Assembly (NCBI GenBank): GCA_030765145.1
Contig: JAVCDA010000021.1
Coordinates: 1-60,652 of the forward strand
DNA from: Candidatus Saelkia tenebricola
GTDB lineage: Bacteria > Omnitrophota > Gorgyraeia > Kaelpiales > Kaelpiaceae
DNA: 60,652 nucleotides
Reading direction: 5' to 3'
Part shown: positions 30,837 to 40,487 of the stretch, piece by piece
Position numbering within the stretch: the first letter of the stretch is position 1
Layout of the letters: each line of letters opens with the position of its first letter
The notes under the pieces: generated by a model
Seen by the model: the letters and a program-made list of their open reading frames with translations, nothing else
Told to the model about the DNA's origin: nothing
The model's database searches: none
Translations under genes and position numbers: made by a program

Positions 30837-30839
30837 AAG

Positions 30840-31787
30840 ATGAAGGCAAAACATAAAGAGGCATTAGCGGCTTATTTGTTTTTAACCCCCAATTTTATTG
30901 GGTTTTTAATTTTTACATGTTTGCCGGTTATTTTTTCTCTGTTTTTGAGTTTTTTTCGGTGGGAACTTATAACAGGAGATGGCGGTTTATTTTCCGGCCT
31001 TAAATTTGTAGGTTTTGCGAATTTCATCAAGTTGTTAGGATTTCATTTTGAAACAGGACATTTAGTTGCTAATGATCCCCATTTTTGGTACTACCTTTAT
31101 AATACTGTTTTTATGATGTTGATAATCCCAGTAGGGATATTGGGGTCATTAATTCTGGCATTGGCTGTAAATCAAAAATTGAAAGGTATAGCTGCATATC
31201 GTTTGATTTTCTTTTTGCCTGTAATTTGTCCTATCGCTGCAATTGCAGTATTGTGGAAAGTATTATTGAATCCTGATTTTGGATTGATAAATAATTTAAT
31301 ATCCAAATTTGGAATTTTTATGGGTTTGGACATAATAGGTCCTAATTGGCTTTCAGATGCTATGTGGGCAAAACCAGCTGTTATGCTTGTAAGTTTATGG
31401 ATGACAGTAGGGGGGTATAATATGATTTTATATCTTGCTGCTTTACAGGGTATTCCCAGGGATCTATATGAAGCGGCAGATATTGATGGTGCTAGTGGTT
31501 GGCATAAATTTCGCTATATTACTTTTCCCATGATTTCTCCTACGACTTTTTTTATAACAATTATGAGTATTATTGGTGGGTTGCAGGGTGGTTTTGCTAT
31601 TATATATATACTCACTGGTGGAGGTCCTGCAAATTCTAGCACCACCATTATGTACTATATATTTACCAATCTCTATGAATTCCAGAAAGCTGGTTATGCA
31701 GCTGCTGTGGCATGGGTATTATTTATAATTATTTTTGTTTTTTCGCGTCTTTATTGGAAAAGAGGTGGAAAACTTGTGCACTATTGA
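30840..31787 (+). CDS. Carbohydrate ABC transporter permease (CUT1, MalF/UgpA-like)
   Basis: EAA motif LQGIPRDLYEAADIDGA; multi-TM. Confidence 0.92.
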   Translation: MKAKHKEALAAYLFLTPNFIGFLIFTCLPVIFSLFLSFFRWELITGDGGLFSGLKFVGFANFIKLLGFHFETGHLVANDPHFWYYLYNTVFMMLIIPVGILGSLILALAVNQKLKGIAAYRLIFFLPVICPIAAIAVLWKVLLNPDFGLINNLISKFGIFMGLDIIGPNWLSDAMWAKPAVMLVSLWMTVGGYNMILYLAALQGIPRDLYEAADIDGASGWHKFRYITFPMISPTTFFITIMSIIGGLQGGFAIIYILTGGGPANSSTTIMYYIFTNLYEFQKAGYAAAVAWVLFIIIFVFSRLYWKRGGKLVHY

Positions 31788-31796
31788 GGGTTTAAC

Positions 31797-32678
31797 ATGA
31801 TAAAGCAATTGAATAAAAGAAATATCAAAAAGAAAATGTCCAAAAGCAAGATTTTAAAGAAGGTTTTCTCCTATCTTTTACTTTCCATTTTTGGGTTTAC
31901 CATGATTTTACCGCTTGTGTGGATGGTTTCTACCTCTTTTAAAGAAGCTATTGAGGTTTTTACTGAAGATCCCTTAGATTGGAAAACATGGATACCAGAG
32001 AACTTTCTCTGGAGAAATTATTTAGAAGTTTTTAATGTTTTACCGTTTTTAAAATTTTATTTTAATTCTATAATTGTTGCCATGTTTGTTACTTTAGGAG
32101 TTGTGGTAAGTAGTTCGCTGGCTGGATATGCTTTTTCACGCCTCAATTTTATAGGACGGGATAAAATATTTTTTGCCTACCTTTCTACCATGATGATTCC
32201 GGGAGCGGTGGTTATAATACCTGTTTTTATTTTAATGAGATATCTGGGATGGATAGATTCGTATAAAGCACTTATTATCCCTGCGATGTTTACAGCATAT
32301 GGAACATTTATGTTGCGGCAGTTTTTTATGTCTCTACCTAAGGATTTAGAAGATGCGGCAAAGATAGATGGCTGCGGATTTTTCGGTATTTATTGGAGAA
32401 TAATCCTTCCGCTTTCAAAACCTGCTCTAGCAACTCTTACGGTATTTACATTTATCGGTAATTGGCAGAGTGTGCTTTGGCCGTTATTGGTAACTAATTC
32501 TATAAAGATGTTTACTGTTCCTATTGGTCTGGCTTATTTTGAATCCCAGTATTATTTGGTTAACTGGACTCTTCTTATGGCTGCTTCTGCTATGGCTATT
32601 ATGCCTATCGTAATTATCTTCCTCTTTGCCCAAAAGTTCTTTATAGCAGGCATTAAGCTGGAAGGAATCAAAGGATGA
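31797..32678 (+). CDS. Carbohydrate ABC transporter permease (CUT1, MalG/UgpE-like)
   Basis: LRQFFMSLPKDLEDAAKIDG, LPLSKPALAT. Confidence 0.92.
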   Translation: MIKQLNKRNIKKKMSKSKILKKVFSYLLLSIFGFTMILPLVWMVSTSFKEAIEVFTEDPLDWKTWIPENFLWRNYLEVFNVLPFLKFYFNSIIVAMFVTLGVVVSSSLAGYAFSRLNFIGRDKIFFAYLSTMMIPGAVVIIPVFILMRYLGWIDSYKALIIPAMFTAYGTFMLRQFFMSLPKDLEDAAKIDGCGFFGIYWRIILPLSKPALATLTVFTFIGNWQSVLWPLLVTNSIKMFTVPIGLAYFESQYYLVNWTLLMAASAMAIMPIVIIFLFAQKFFIAGIKLEGIKG

Positions 32679-33286
32679 GAGGTGTTTTTGTAACATTTGA
32701 GGGTATAGAAGGATCAGGAAAATCTACTCAAGCAGAGCTTTTTATTCAATGGTTAAAAAAAAGGAAGCGAGAGATTCTGTTTCTGAGAGAACCTGGATCA
32801 ACTTCTATAGGTGAGGAAATTCGGGGAATATTGTTATCGCTTGAGCATAAAAATTTTTGCCCTACTGCTGAGTTTTTACTTTTTTTATCTGCCAGAGCGC
32901 AGTTGGTTAGGGAAAAAATCATACCTGCCTTAGAAAAAGGAATAATTGTTATCTTAGATAGATATTCGGATTCAACATTGGCATATCAGGGATATGGAGA
33001 AGGTATATCTCTTGAGTTAATTAAAAAGCTGAATTATTTTGCCACTTCGGGGTTAAATCCGGATATTACATTTCTTTTAGATATAGAGATAGAGGATGGT
33101 TTAAAAAAAGCAGGGCTAAAGGATCGGATTGAAAAAAAAGGTTTAGAATTTCATAAAAAAGTTCAAAATGGTTATTATCAATTAGCCGCGAGTTTTAATG
33201 AAAGGATGTATGTTATTAAAGTGCAGGAAGATATTTTAGAAACTCAGAAAGAAATTCAATGTGTTTTTCAGGAAAAATTCCTCTGA
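32675..33286 (+). CDS. tmk: Thymidylate kinase
   Basis: FEGIEGSGKSTQ, REPG, DRYSDSTLAYQG. Confidence 0.97.
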   Translation: MRGVFVTFEGIEGSGKSTQAELFIQWLKKRKREILFLREPGSTSIGEEIRGILLSLEHKNFCPTAEFLLFLSARAQLVREKIIPALEKGIIVILDRYSDSTLAYQGYGEGISLELIKKLNYFATSGLNPDITFLLDIEIEDGLKKAGLKDRIEKKGLEFHKKVQNGYYQLAASFNERMYVIKVQEDILETQKEIQCVFQEKFL

Positions 33287-33353
33287 TATAAGTCTTTTTT
33301 TCCTCATACTCTCTATGTTCTGATAAAATAATAGACAAGAAACAAGTATTGTT

Positions 33354-34844
33354 ATGTTGAGAAAATTAATTTTCATCTTCACAGCTATTCTCTGGGTTTT
33401 TACTTTATTTTTATTTTATAAAAAAGAGATTCTTCCCGGGAAAAGAGTAGATTATCCTTATAGAGAATTTTTGACTTCAGATTTATTTTTAAAAGAGGAA
33501 TGGTTTGGAATTTATTTCAACCAAAATAAAATAGGTTATGCTAATTTTACTGTTGGTTTAGACAGTGTAGATGCTGATACGGAATATAAGATAAATGGAG
33601 AAGCTTTTGTGGTTCTTCCAGTTTTAGGGGTTAATAAAAAAAGCTGGGTACAGATTAAATCCCATGTCGATTTGGAGTATAGGCTAAAAGATTTCTATTT
33701 TTTATTTTTGGCAGAGGGATTAAGGACAGAAATAAAAGCAAAAAGAATAGGAGATTATGAGTTTGAATTAGAAATTAAAGAAGGTGTTAAGATTTCAAAA
33801 AGTGTTATTGAACTTCCCAAGGGTGTTGTTTTAAGTGGCATATTTGGTCCCTTAAAAGAGTTTAAGAACCCTGTTTTAGGAAGAAAAATAAAGTTTTACA
33901 CCTTCAACCCTCTAACATTAAAATCCGAGGAGGTTTATGCAGAGGTTGTTGCTCGAGAAGAAGTGCGCTTTGATGATGAATTGCGTGAGGTGTATATAGT
34001 GAAAACAAAATTTTCAGGATTAGAGTCTGAGTCTTGGCTTGACGAAGATGGCAGGCTATTAAGAGAAGAAAGTCCGTTGGGTATAAATATTGTTAGAGAA
34101 CCCCAGATGAAGGCATTAGGTTTTCTTGGGGAAGTGAAAGATATTTCTTGGGATTTGGCAAAAGTTTTTTCCCTTTCATCAAATGTTCAACTAGAATCTT
34201 TGAGAATTAATAGTCTCACTGTTTTATTAAGAGGTAAAAATTTAGATTCTCAAAAAATATTAAATGGGAGACAGAAGATTCTGGGAACAAGAGTTTTAAA
34301 AAATGGTGTAAAGGAGATATGTCTTAAAATCACAAAAGATGCAGATGAAATATCTTTAGAAAATAGAGAAAAATATCTTAAATCAGATAATTTTATTCAA
34401 ACCCAAGACCCTGAAATTAAGGCTCTGGCGAAACATCTTACAGAGAACAGTGCGACTGAGATTTCTAAAGCCAAAGATATCGCAATTTGGGTTTACAATT
34501 ATCTTGAGAAGAAAATCACATTAAGTATTCCTTCGGCTTTAAATGCACTTAATCTTGGGCAGGGAGATTGCAATGAACATACATTTTTGTTTACAGCTAT
34601 ATCCAGGAGTGCTGGAATTCCTACCAAAATTAAAAACGGTTTAGTATATATCGAAGAAAGATTTTACTATCATTCTTGGCCGTCGGTCTATGTAGATAAC
34701 AGATGGATAGACATAGATCCAACATTGAACCAGTTTCCTGCAGATCCTACTCATATTATGCTTGTGGAAGGAGAATTGTCGGAGCAGTTTGATATTTTAA
34801 AAATTTTAGGAAAAATAGAAATCGAGGTGAAAGATTATGAATAA
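33354..34844 (+). CDS. Membrane-anchored transglutaminase-like (Cys-His-Asp) protein
   Basis: N-terminal TM; GDCNEH, YHSWPSVY, WIDIDPT triad motifs. Confidence 0.88.
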   Translation: MLRKLIFIFTAILWVFTLFLFYKKEILPGKRVDYPYREFLTSDLFLKEEWFGIYFNQNKIGYANFTVGLDSVDADTEYKINGEAFVVLPVLGVNKKSWVQIKSHVDLEYRLKDFYFLFLAEGLRTEIKAKRIGDYEFELEIKEGVKISKSVIELPKGVVLSGIFGPLKEFKNPVLGRKIKFYTFNPLTLKSEEVYAEVVAREEVRFDDELREVYIVKTKFSGLESESWLDEDGRLLREESPLGINIVREPQMKALGFLGEVKDISWDLAKVFSLSSNVQLESLRINSLTVLLRGKNLDSQKILNGRQKILGTRVLKNGVKEICLKITKDADEISLENREKYLKSDNFIQTQDPEIKALAKHLTENSATEISKAKDIAIWVYNYLEKKITLSIPSALNALNLGQGDCNEHTFLFTAISRSAGIPTKIKNGLVYIEERFYYHSWPSVYVDNRWIDIDPTLNQFPADPTHIMLVEGELSEQFDILKILGKIEIEVKDYE

Positions 34845-35574
34845 AACAGTAATTAGAACTCAAAATTTAAGCAAGCAATTTAATTCTACCTGGGTGGTGA
34901 AAAATTTAAATATCGAGGTCTATGAAGGAGAAATTTTTGCTTTTCTGGGTCTTAATGGTGCAGGAAAAACAACGACAATAAAACTCCTTACAGGACTCTT
35001 AAAGCCTACGAGAGGAATGGTTGAAATTTGCGGTTATGATATTCAAAAGGATTCTCTTAATGCTAAGCGGTCGATTGGATATATTCCGGATGAGCCTTAT
35101 CTTTATGAAAAGCTTACAGGTAGAGAGTTTTTAGAGTTTATAGCCGAACTGTATAGTATTTCTAGGAAAGATATGCTTCAGGCAATTGAATATTTTATTG
35201 ATTGTTTCCAAATGAAAGAATATATAGATAATTTAACTCAGGATTATTCCCATGGCATGAAACAGAAGTTGATCTTTGCTGCAGCGTTTATCCATAATCC
35301 CCGTGTTGTTATTATAGATGAACCTCTTGTAGGTTTAGATTCAGCAAGCGGTAAAAAAATTAAGCAATTGTTAAAAAAGAATGCATCAGAAGGTATTAGC
35401 TTTTTTATTTCCACTCATACGCTTTCTTTTGCAGAAGAGATAGCTTCCAAAATAGCGATTATTGACAAAGGACAGCTTGTTGCTATTGGAACTCAAGAAG
35501 AGTTGAAAACAAGAAGCGGGATTGAAGGTAATTTAGAGGAAGTATTTCTAAAAATTACAGAAGAAGAAAGGTAA
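34837..35574 (+). CDS. ABC transporter ATP-binding protein (ABC-2 exporter type)
   Basis: GLNGAGKTT, YSHGMKQK, DEPLVGLD. Confidence 0.93.
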   Translation: MNKTVIRTQNLSKQFNSTWVVKNLNIEVYEGEIFAFLGLNGAGKTTTIKLLTGLLKPTRGMVEICGYDIQKDSLNAKRSIGYIPDEPYLYEKLTGREFLEFIAELYSISRKDMLQAIEYFIDCFQMKEYIDNLTQDYSHGMKQKLIFAAAFIHNPRVVIIDEPLVGLDSASGKKIKQLLKKNASEGISFFISTHTLSFAEEIASKIAIIDKGQLVAIGTQEELKTRSGIEGNLEEVFLKITEEER

Positions 35575-35575
35575 A

Positions 35576-37252
35576 ATGTTAAAACCGGTTTTTAAAGCTA
35601 AATGCAGAATTTTAATTCACACGATCAAAGAGATTATTCGAGCTCCGTTGCTTAAGATATTGGTTATAATTGTTTTCATGTTTGGAATGATTTATGCCTG
35701 TTACAGTTTTACTCATTATATATTTAAGCTACTTAATAGCATTGAAGGTGCAGGTTCTTTTTTATGCGATAAACTACTGAATGTGTTTTTTATGAGCTTA
35801 TTTTTCCTGCTTATATTTAGTAATGCGGTTACAAGTTATTCTACCGTTTTTTGTGCTAAAGAAATAAGAATGCTCTTAACACAGCCTTTAGAGTTTAAAG
35901 AAATATTTCTATCTCGGTTTTTAGAATCGATGGTTTTGACTTCTTGGGCTTTTTTGGTTTTAATTGGGCCTTTTATATATGCTTATTCTGTGGTTAGAAA
36001 AACATCGTTATTTTACATAAGTCTAAAGTTCCTATCTGTTGTACCCTTCATTTTTATAGCAGCAGTTCTAGGAACGTTATTAACATTGTTTCTCATTCGC
36101 TTGATGCCAAAGAGAGATTTAAGGCCTTATCTGATTACATTTTCGGTAATTTTAATTGTGGTATCCATATTTTATTTTAGAAATATATATTTGAAGAAAG
36201 AATTAATGGGTAAAGGTGGTATGGTGTTTTTTATATCTCAACTTATACCTTTTTCAAACTTTGCTGAGAAACCCTATCTTCCTTCCTATTGGCTGAGCAA
36301 ATCAATAGTAATGGCATCTAAGGCTTCAGTTAGCCAATTTTTGTTCTATTTTTGGTTATTGTTCATAAATGCTGTTTTATTTTTTCAGATAATGGTTCAT
36401 CTTGTTCCATATAGCTACTACACATCTTTGGTTGCTATTAGTTCTCAATCAGGTATGGGTGTAAAAGTAAGAACAAAGTTTTGGAAATTATTGAAGGGAA
36501 TGTTGGTGTTTTTGCGTTTACGAGAAAGAGAAATTGTGATTAAAGACATAAAAACAATTTTTAGGGATCCAATTCAATATTCTCAAATTTTGATATTTTT
36601 TGGAATTTTAGCAATTTATTTTACTCATTTGCAAGGTGAGTATTATCAGTCATTTCCAACGAAATGGAAGATTTTTATTGCGTTTTTAAATCTTGCTGCC
36701 ACAAATCTAGTTTTAGCTTCTCTGGCATTAAGGTTTATTTATCCTTTGATAAGCTTGGAAGGTAAGAGGATGTGGGTATTGAACTTAGCTCCGATTTCAC
36801 AATGGAACTTGATATTTACAAAGTATTTGACGATTTCATCATTAGCTTTAATTATAACAGTCAGTTTAATTGTGATTTCCAATACCATGCTTAGGATAGA
36901 GCAGGAGTTTATAAAGGTGAGCATAGTAAGCAGTATTGTTTCTTCTTTTACTATAACAGGTATAATAATTGGGCTTGGGAGTTGTTTTGCTAATTTTAAA
37001 GAAGAAAACCCTGCGCGAATAGTAGCTGGATTTGGAGGGACATTAGCGCTTGTGGTTTCTCTTGTCTATGTGGGGAGTATGGTTTTTATATCTGCTTTTC
37101 CTTTTTGGTTGCATATGCTAGGTAAAATCTCTAATTCAGAACTTAAAACATATGTTGATTTATCCTGTTTTGTTCTAGTAGTGATAAGTGCGATTTTGAT
37201 TTTTATACATCTTTATCTGGGCAAAAAACATCTTGAAGTCGCAGAGTTTTAA
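35576..37252 (+). CDS. Putative ABC-2 type exporter permease (large, about 12 TM)
   Basis: Very hydrophobic, two permease-like halves (LLTQPL; SLEGKRMWVLNLAP); adjacent to the ATPase. Confidence 0.8.
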   Translation: MLKPVFKAKCRILIHTIKEIIRAPLLKILVIIVFMFGMIYACYSFTHYIFKLLNSIEGAGSFLCDKLLNVFFMSLFFLLIFSNAVTSYSTVFCAKEIRMLLTQPLEFKEIFLSRFLESMVLTSWAFLVLIGPFIYAYSVVRKTSLFYISLKFLSVVPFIFIAAVLGTLLTLFLIRLMPKRDLRPYLITFSVILIVVSIFYFRNIYLKKELMGKGGMVFFISQLIPFSNFAEKPYLPSYWLSKSIVMASKASVSQFLFYFWLLFINAVLFFQIMVHLVPYSYYTSLVAISSQSGMGVKVRTKFWKLLKGMLVFLRLREREIVIKDIKTIFRDPIQYSQILIFFGILAIYFTHLQGEYYQSFPTKWKIFIAFLNLAATNLVLASLALRFIYPLISLEGKRMWVLNLAPISQWNLIFTKYLTISSLALIITVSLIVISNTMLRIEQEFIKVSIVSSIVSSFTITGIIIGLGSCFANFKEENPARIVAGFGGTLALVVSLVYVGSMVFISAFPFWLHMLGKISNSELKTYVDLSCFVLVVISAILIFIHLYLGKKHLEVAEF

Positions 37253-37278
37253 TAATAGGCAGTTGTTTAGAGAAAATT

Positions 37279-37311
37279 TTCCCCTAGAATGAAAATTTAT
37301 TTTTAGGGGAA
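37279..37311. terminator. Hairpin between convergent operons, probable terminator
   Basis: ttcccctagaa / ttttaggggaa 11-bp stem with one G-U; a T-run follows on the minus strand. Confidence 0.6.
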
Positions 37312-37346
37312 CAAAGTTATTAAATAAAGGTAATTAGTATGTCTGT

Positions 37347-40300
37347 TTAGTTCGTTGATGTGTTATTATCTGTTGCATTCTTTTTTACGGTTGTATGCCC
37401 TGCAAGCTTAAGTGTAATATCGTCAATGATTGCATAGATGCAGGGAATTACAATTAGTGTTAAAGCTGTAGCGCAGATAATACCCCAAACAATTGTAAGA
37501 GCCATAGGACGTAAGAACGGGTCACCTCCCCAGATTCCATAGGCTGTTGGGGTAAGGCCTAAAGCTGTTGTAATTGTTGTCAGCAATACTGGTCTTAAGC
37601 GTAATTGGCCTCCCTGAATAATTGATTCTCGTCTATCTACACCTTGACGCCTTAGATTATTGATAAACTCAACCAATACAATTGAATCATTTACAACAAT
37701 ACCGGTAAGTCCTACGATACCAATAAGTGTAAAAAAACTTATCGGAAGTCCGTGAAAGAAAAATGCCCAGATAACGCCTATTAGTCCAAATGGAATAGCC
37801 ATCATAACGACAAAAGGCTGAATTAAAGAATTAAAATTAGCCGCTAGGATCATGAATATTAAAAAGAATGCCATAGCGAAAGCTTGCATAAAATCTCTTG
37901 TTGAGCGGATGTTTTCTTCTTGTTCTCCCCCGAATGTGATGTTATATCCGGGGTATTTAACAGGTATATTTTTTAATTGTTTAGCCAGAATGTTATTTGC
38001 TTTAGCTGATGTAATATTTTTGTTATCTACTTCAGCTCGTATCGTGACTATTCTTTTACCATCTAAGTGTCGGATTGTATTAAGAGTTGTGTGTTCTTCC
38101 AACCGGGATACTTTTTCTAAAGGGATAAGATTGTTGAATTTATTGGGGATTAGTATTTTATTAAAAGTGTCTTTTTTATTACGGTAATCCTGGGGAAATA
38201 TTACTAAAACATCAATTTCTTCTGTTGCTTTTGTGGGTTTGATAGATGTTGCTATACCGCCTCTAAATACATTTCTGATGCTTGAGGCAATTTCAGCGGT
38301 TGAAAGATACGATTGTGCTGCTTTTTCTTCATCAATTATAACTTTGATTTCATTTTGCCCCATTTCATAATCAGATGTAATGTCTGTTACACCTTTCATT
38401 TTATTTAATAAAATGTTTATTTCATTGGCTATTTCTTCCAGAATATTAAATTCTTCTCCTCTGATTTGAACCGCTATGGCTTTTCCTATCGGTGGGCCTT
38501 CTTTTTCTTTTTCAAAATATGTTTTTTTAAAACCCTTAATGTCTTTCAACTCTTCCCGTAATGTTTCAATAATCTGATTAACCTTTCTTTTACGATTGGA
38601 ATTGGGTGTAAGATATACTGTTACTTGTGTAGTATGACTACCTGATTTCCCGTAAGGGTCAAGACTTCTATAGGATTGTCCTGATGAGCCAATTTGGGTT
38701 GTAAAGGCATCAAGTTCATTTTTAGGCAATAATTTTACTTTTTCTTCAATCTGTTTTGTTAATTTTTCGGTTTTATAAAGGTTTGTTCCTATCGGAGCTT
38801 CAGCCCGGATATAAAATTGCTCAGTTCCCTGAGAACCGAAAAGAATAAAAGGCATTATTTTAAAAAGAACAAATGTTAATAGAAGCACTATAAAAAGTAT
38901 TAAAAGTACTAAATAACGCTTGTTAAGAGCTTTTATAACGGTATTCGTATAGAAGTTGAGTAGTTTTTTAAACCAGGGAGTTTCTTTTTTCGATTTAATT
39001 TTTTCTCCCACTTTTACTTTTACAAAATCAGCAATATGGGAGGGCAAAATTATTAATGCTTCAAATAGTGAAGCTACTAAAGCAATAATGACTGTAATCG
39101 GAATGCCTCTTATAAATTTTCCAATCATACCTCCCATAAATAAGAGAGGACTAAAAGCTGCAATTGTAGTTATGATAGTGGTAGTAACTGGCTTAATAAC
39201 TTCTTCAGTTCCTATAACAGCTGCTTTTCTGGGGCTCATCCCGGATTCTATATGGCGGGAGCAGTTTTCAGCTATAATTATTCCATCATCAACAATCATT
39301 CCCAGGACTACAATTAGTCCGAACATAGAAATAAGGTTAATGCTTAATCCTGAAAATCCCATAATTGCAAGTGTAATACTGAAAGCTATTGGTAGTCCGA
39401 GTGCAGTTAAAAAAGCAGTTTTATGGTCTAAGAAGAATAAAAGTACTCCTAGCACCAGCAATATTCCAATAATTCCATTTTGCCTTAGTACCCCCAGTCG
39501 TCTTCTAACGTAAAAGGACATATCGTCTATGTATGAAATATGCAAATTGGGGTTAGAATAGTTTTTGAATTTAGAAATTTCTTTTTTAATCTGATCAACA
39601 ATTCTTATGGCATCTCCTGAAGAACGTTTTATTACTGTTAGAGTAATTGAGCGCGTTGCGAAACTTTTGCTGATTTCGTTTTCTTCCTCAAATGTGAATC
39701 GCACAGTTCCAACATCTTTAACACGCAGCCAGTTTCCAATGTCATTTGCCCGGATTATAACATTTTCAATCTCCTCTTTTTTGTAGAATTCACCGGTTGT
39801 TCGAATATTGAATTCTTTCTCAGCTCGTATTTTCCCTCCGGGAATACCGATATTTCTTTGAGCCAAAGCCTGCATTATCTCTTCTATGCTGAGGTGAAAG
39901 TTTTTGAGTTTTTCAGGGTCAACTTCAATCCAGACTTCCTCATCGCGCCAACCTTCCCGAGCAATAGAGGAGACGCCTTCTATATCTTCAAGGATATCTT
40001 CCAGTTTTTCAGCATGTTCTTGCAGATCTCTTTCGGATATTTCTCCGCTTAGAGCAATTTTGACAATAGGAATTTCACCAGATGTGACTTCAATAACTAA
40101 AGGATCGTCTTTAACATCATCAGGAAGGTCTCCAATACGGTCAACCGCTTGCTGAATGTCGTCAATAACTTTAGTCTTGTCTTTTACATCTTCGTTGATT
40201 TCAACTGATATCGTGGATAGATTATCAGTTGATGTAGAATCAAATTCCTCAATTCCGTCTACTCCTTTGAGTTCCTTTTCAATAGGTGTGGTAACTAATT

Positions 40301-40487
40301 TTTCTACTTCTTCAGGAGTAGCTCCTGGATACATAGTGGTGATAATAACTTTATCGAATGAAATCTCGGGAAATGCTTCTTTTCTGATTCGGGAAATAAA
40401 GACAGTATAGAATCCTGCGATTAAAATAAAAACAGAAATAAGGTTTATCAAAAGAGAGTGTTTTACTGAAAATTCACTTATTTTCAT
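37347..40487 (-). CDS. RND efflux permease (AcrB/AcrD/AcrF superfamily)
   Basis: 1046 aa; YPGATPEEVE, GMIVDDGII, GIVVNDSIVL, RLRPVLLT. Confidence 0.95.
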   Translation of the reverse strand: MKISEFSVKHSLLINLISVFILIAGFYTVFISRIRKEAFPEISFDKVIITTMYPGATPEEVEKLVTTPIEKELKGVDGIEEFDSTSTDNLSTISVEINEDVKDKTKVIDDIQQAVDRIGDLPDDVKDDPLVIEVTSGEIPIVKIALSGEISERDLQEHAEKLEDILEDIEGVSSIAREGWRDEEVWIEVDPEKLKNFHLSIEEIMQALAQRNIGIPGGKIRAEKEFNIRTTGEFYKKEEIENVIIRANDIGNWLRVKDVGTVRFTFEEENEISKSFATRSITLTVIKRSSGDAIRIVDQIKKEISKFKNYSNPNLHISYIDDMSFYVRRRLGVLRQNGIIGILLVLGVLLFFLDHKTAFLTALGLPIAFSITLAIMGFSGLSINLISMFGLIVVLGMIVDDGIIIAENCSRHIESGMSPRKAAVIGTEEVIKPVTTTIITTIAAFSPLLFMGGMIGKFIRGIPITVIIALVASLFEALIILPSHIADFVKVKVGEKIKSKKETPWFKKLLNFYTNTVIKALNKRYLVLLILFIVLLLTFVLFKIMPFILFGSQGTEQFYIRAEAPIGTNLYKTEKLTKQIEEKVKLLPKNELDAFTTQIGSSGQSYRSLDPYGKSGSHTTQVTVYLTPNSNRKRKVNQIIETLREELKDIKGFKKTYFEKEKEGPPIGKAIAVQIRGEEFNILEEIANEINILLNKMKGVTDITSDYEMGQNEIKVIIDEEKAAQSYLSTAEIASSIRNVFRGGIATSIKPTKATEEIDVLVIFPQDYRNKKDTFNKILIPNKFNNLIPLEKVSRLEEHTTLNTIRHLDGKRIVTIRAEVDNKNITSAKANNILAKQLKNIPVKYPGYNITFGGEQEENIRSTRDFMQAFAMAFFLIFMILAANFNSLIQPFVVMMAIPFGLIGVIWAFFFHGLPISFFTLIGIVGLTGIVVNDSIVLVEFINNLRRQGVDRRESIIQGGQLRLRPVLLTTITTALGLTPTAYGIWGGDPFLRPMALTIVWGIICATALTLIVIPCIYAIIDDITLKLAGHTTVKKNATDNNTSTN

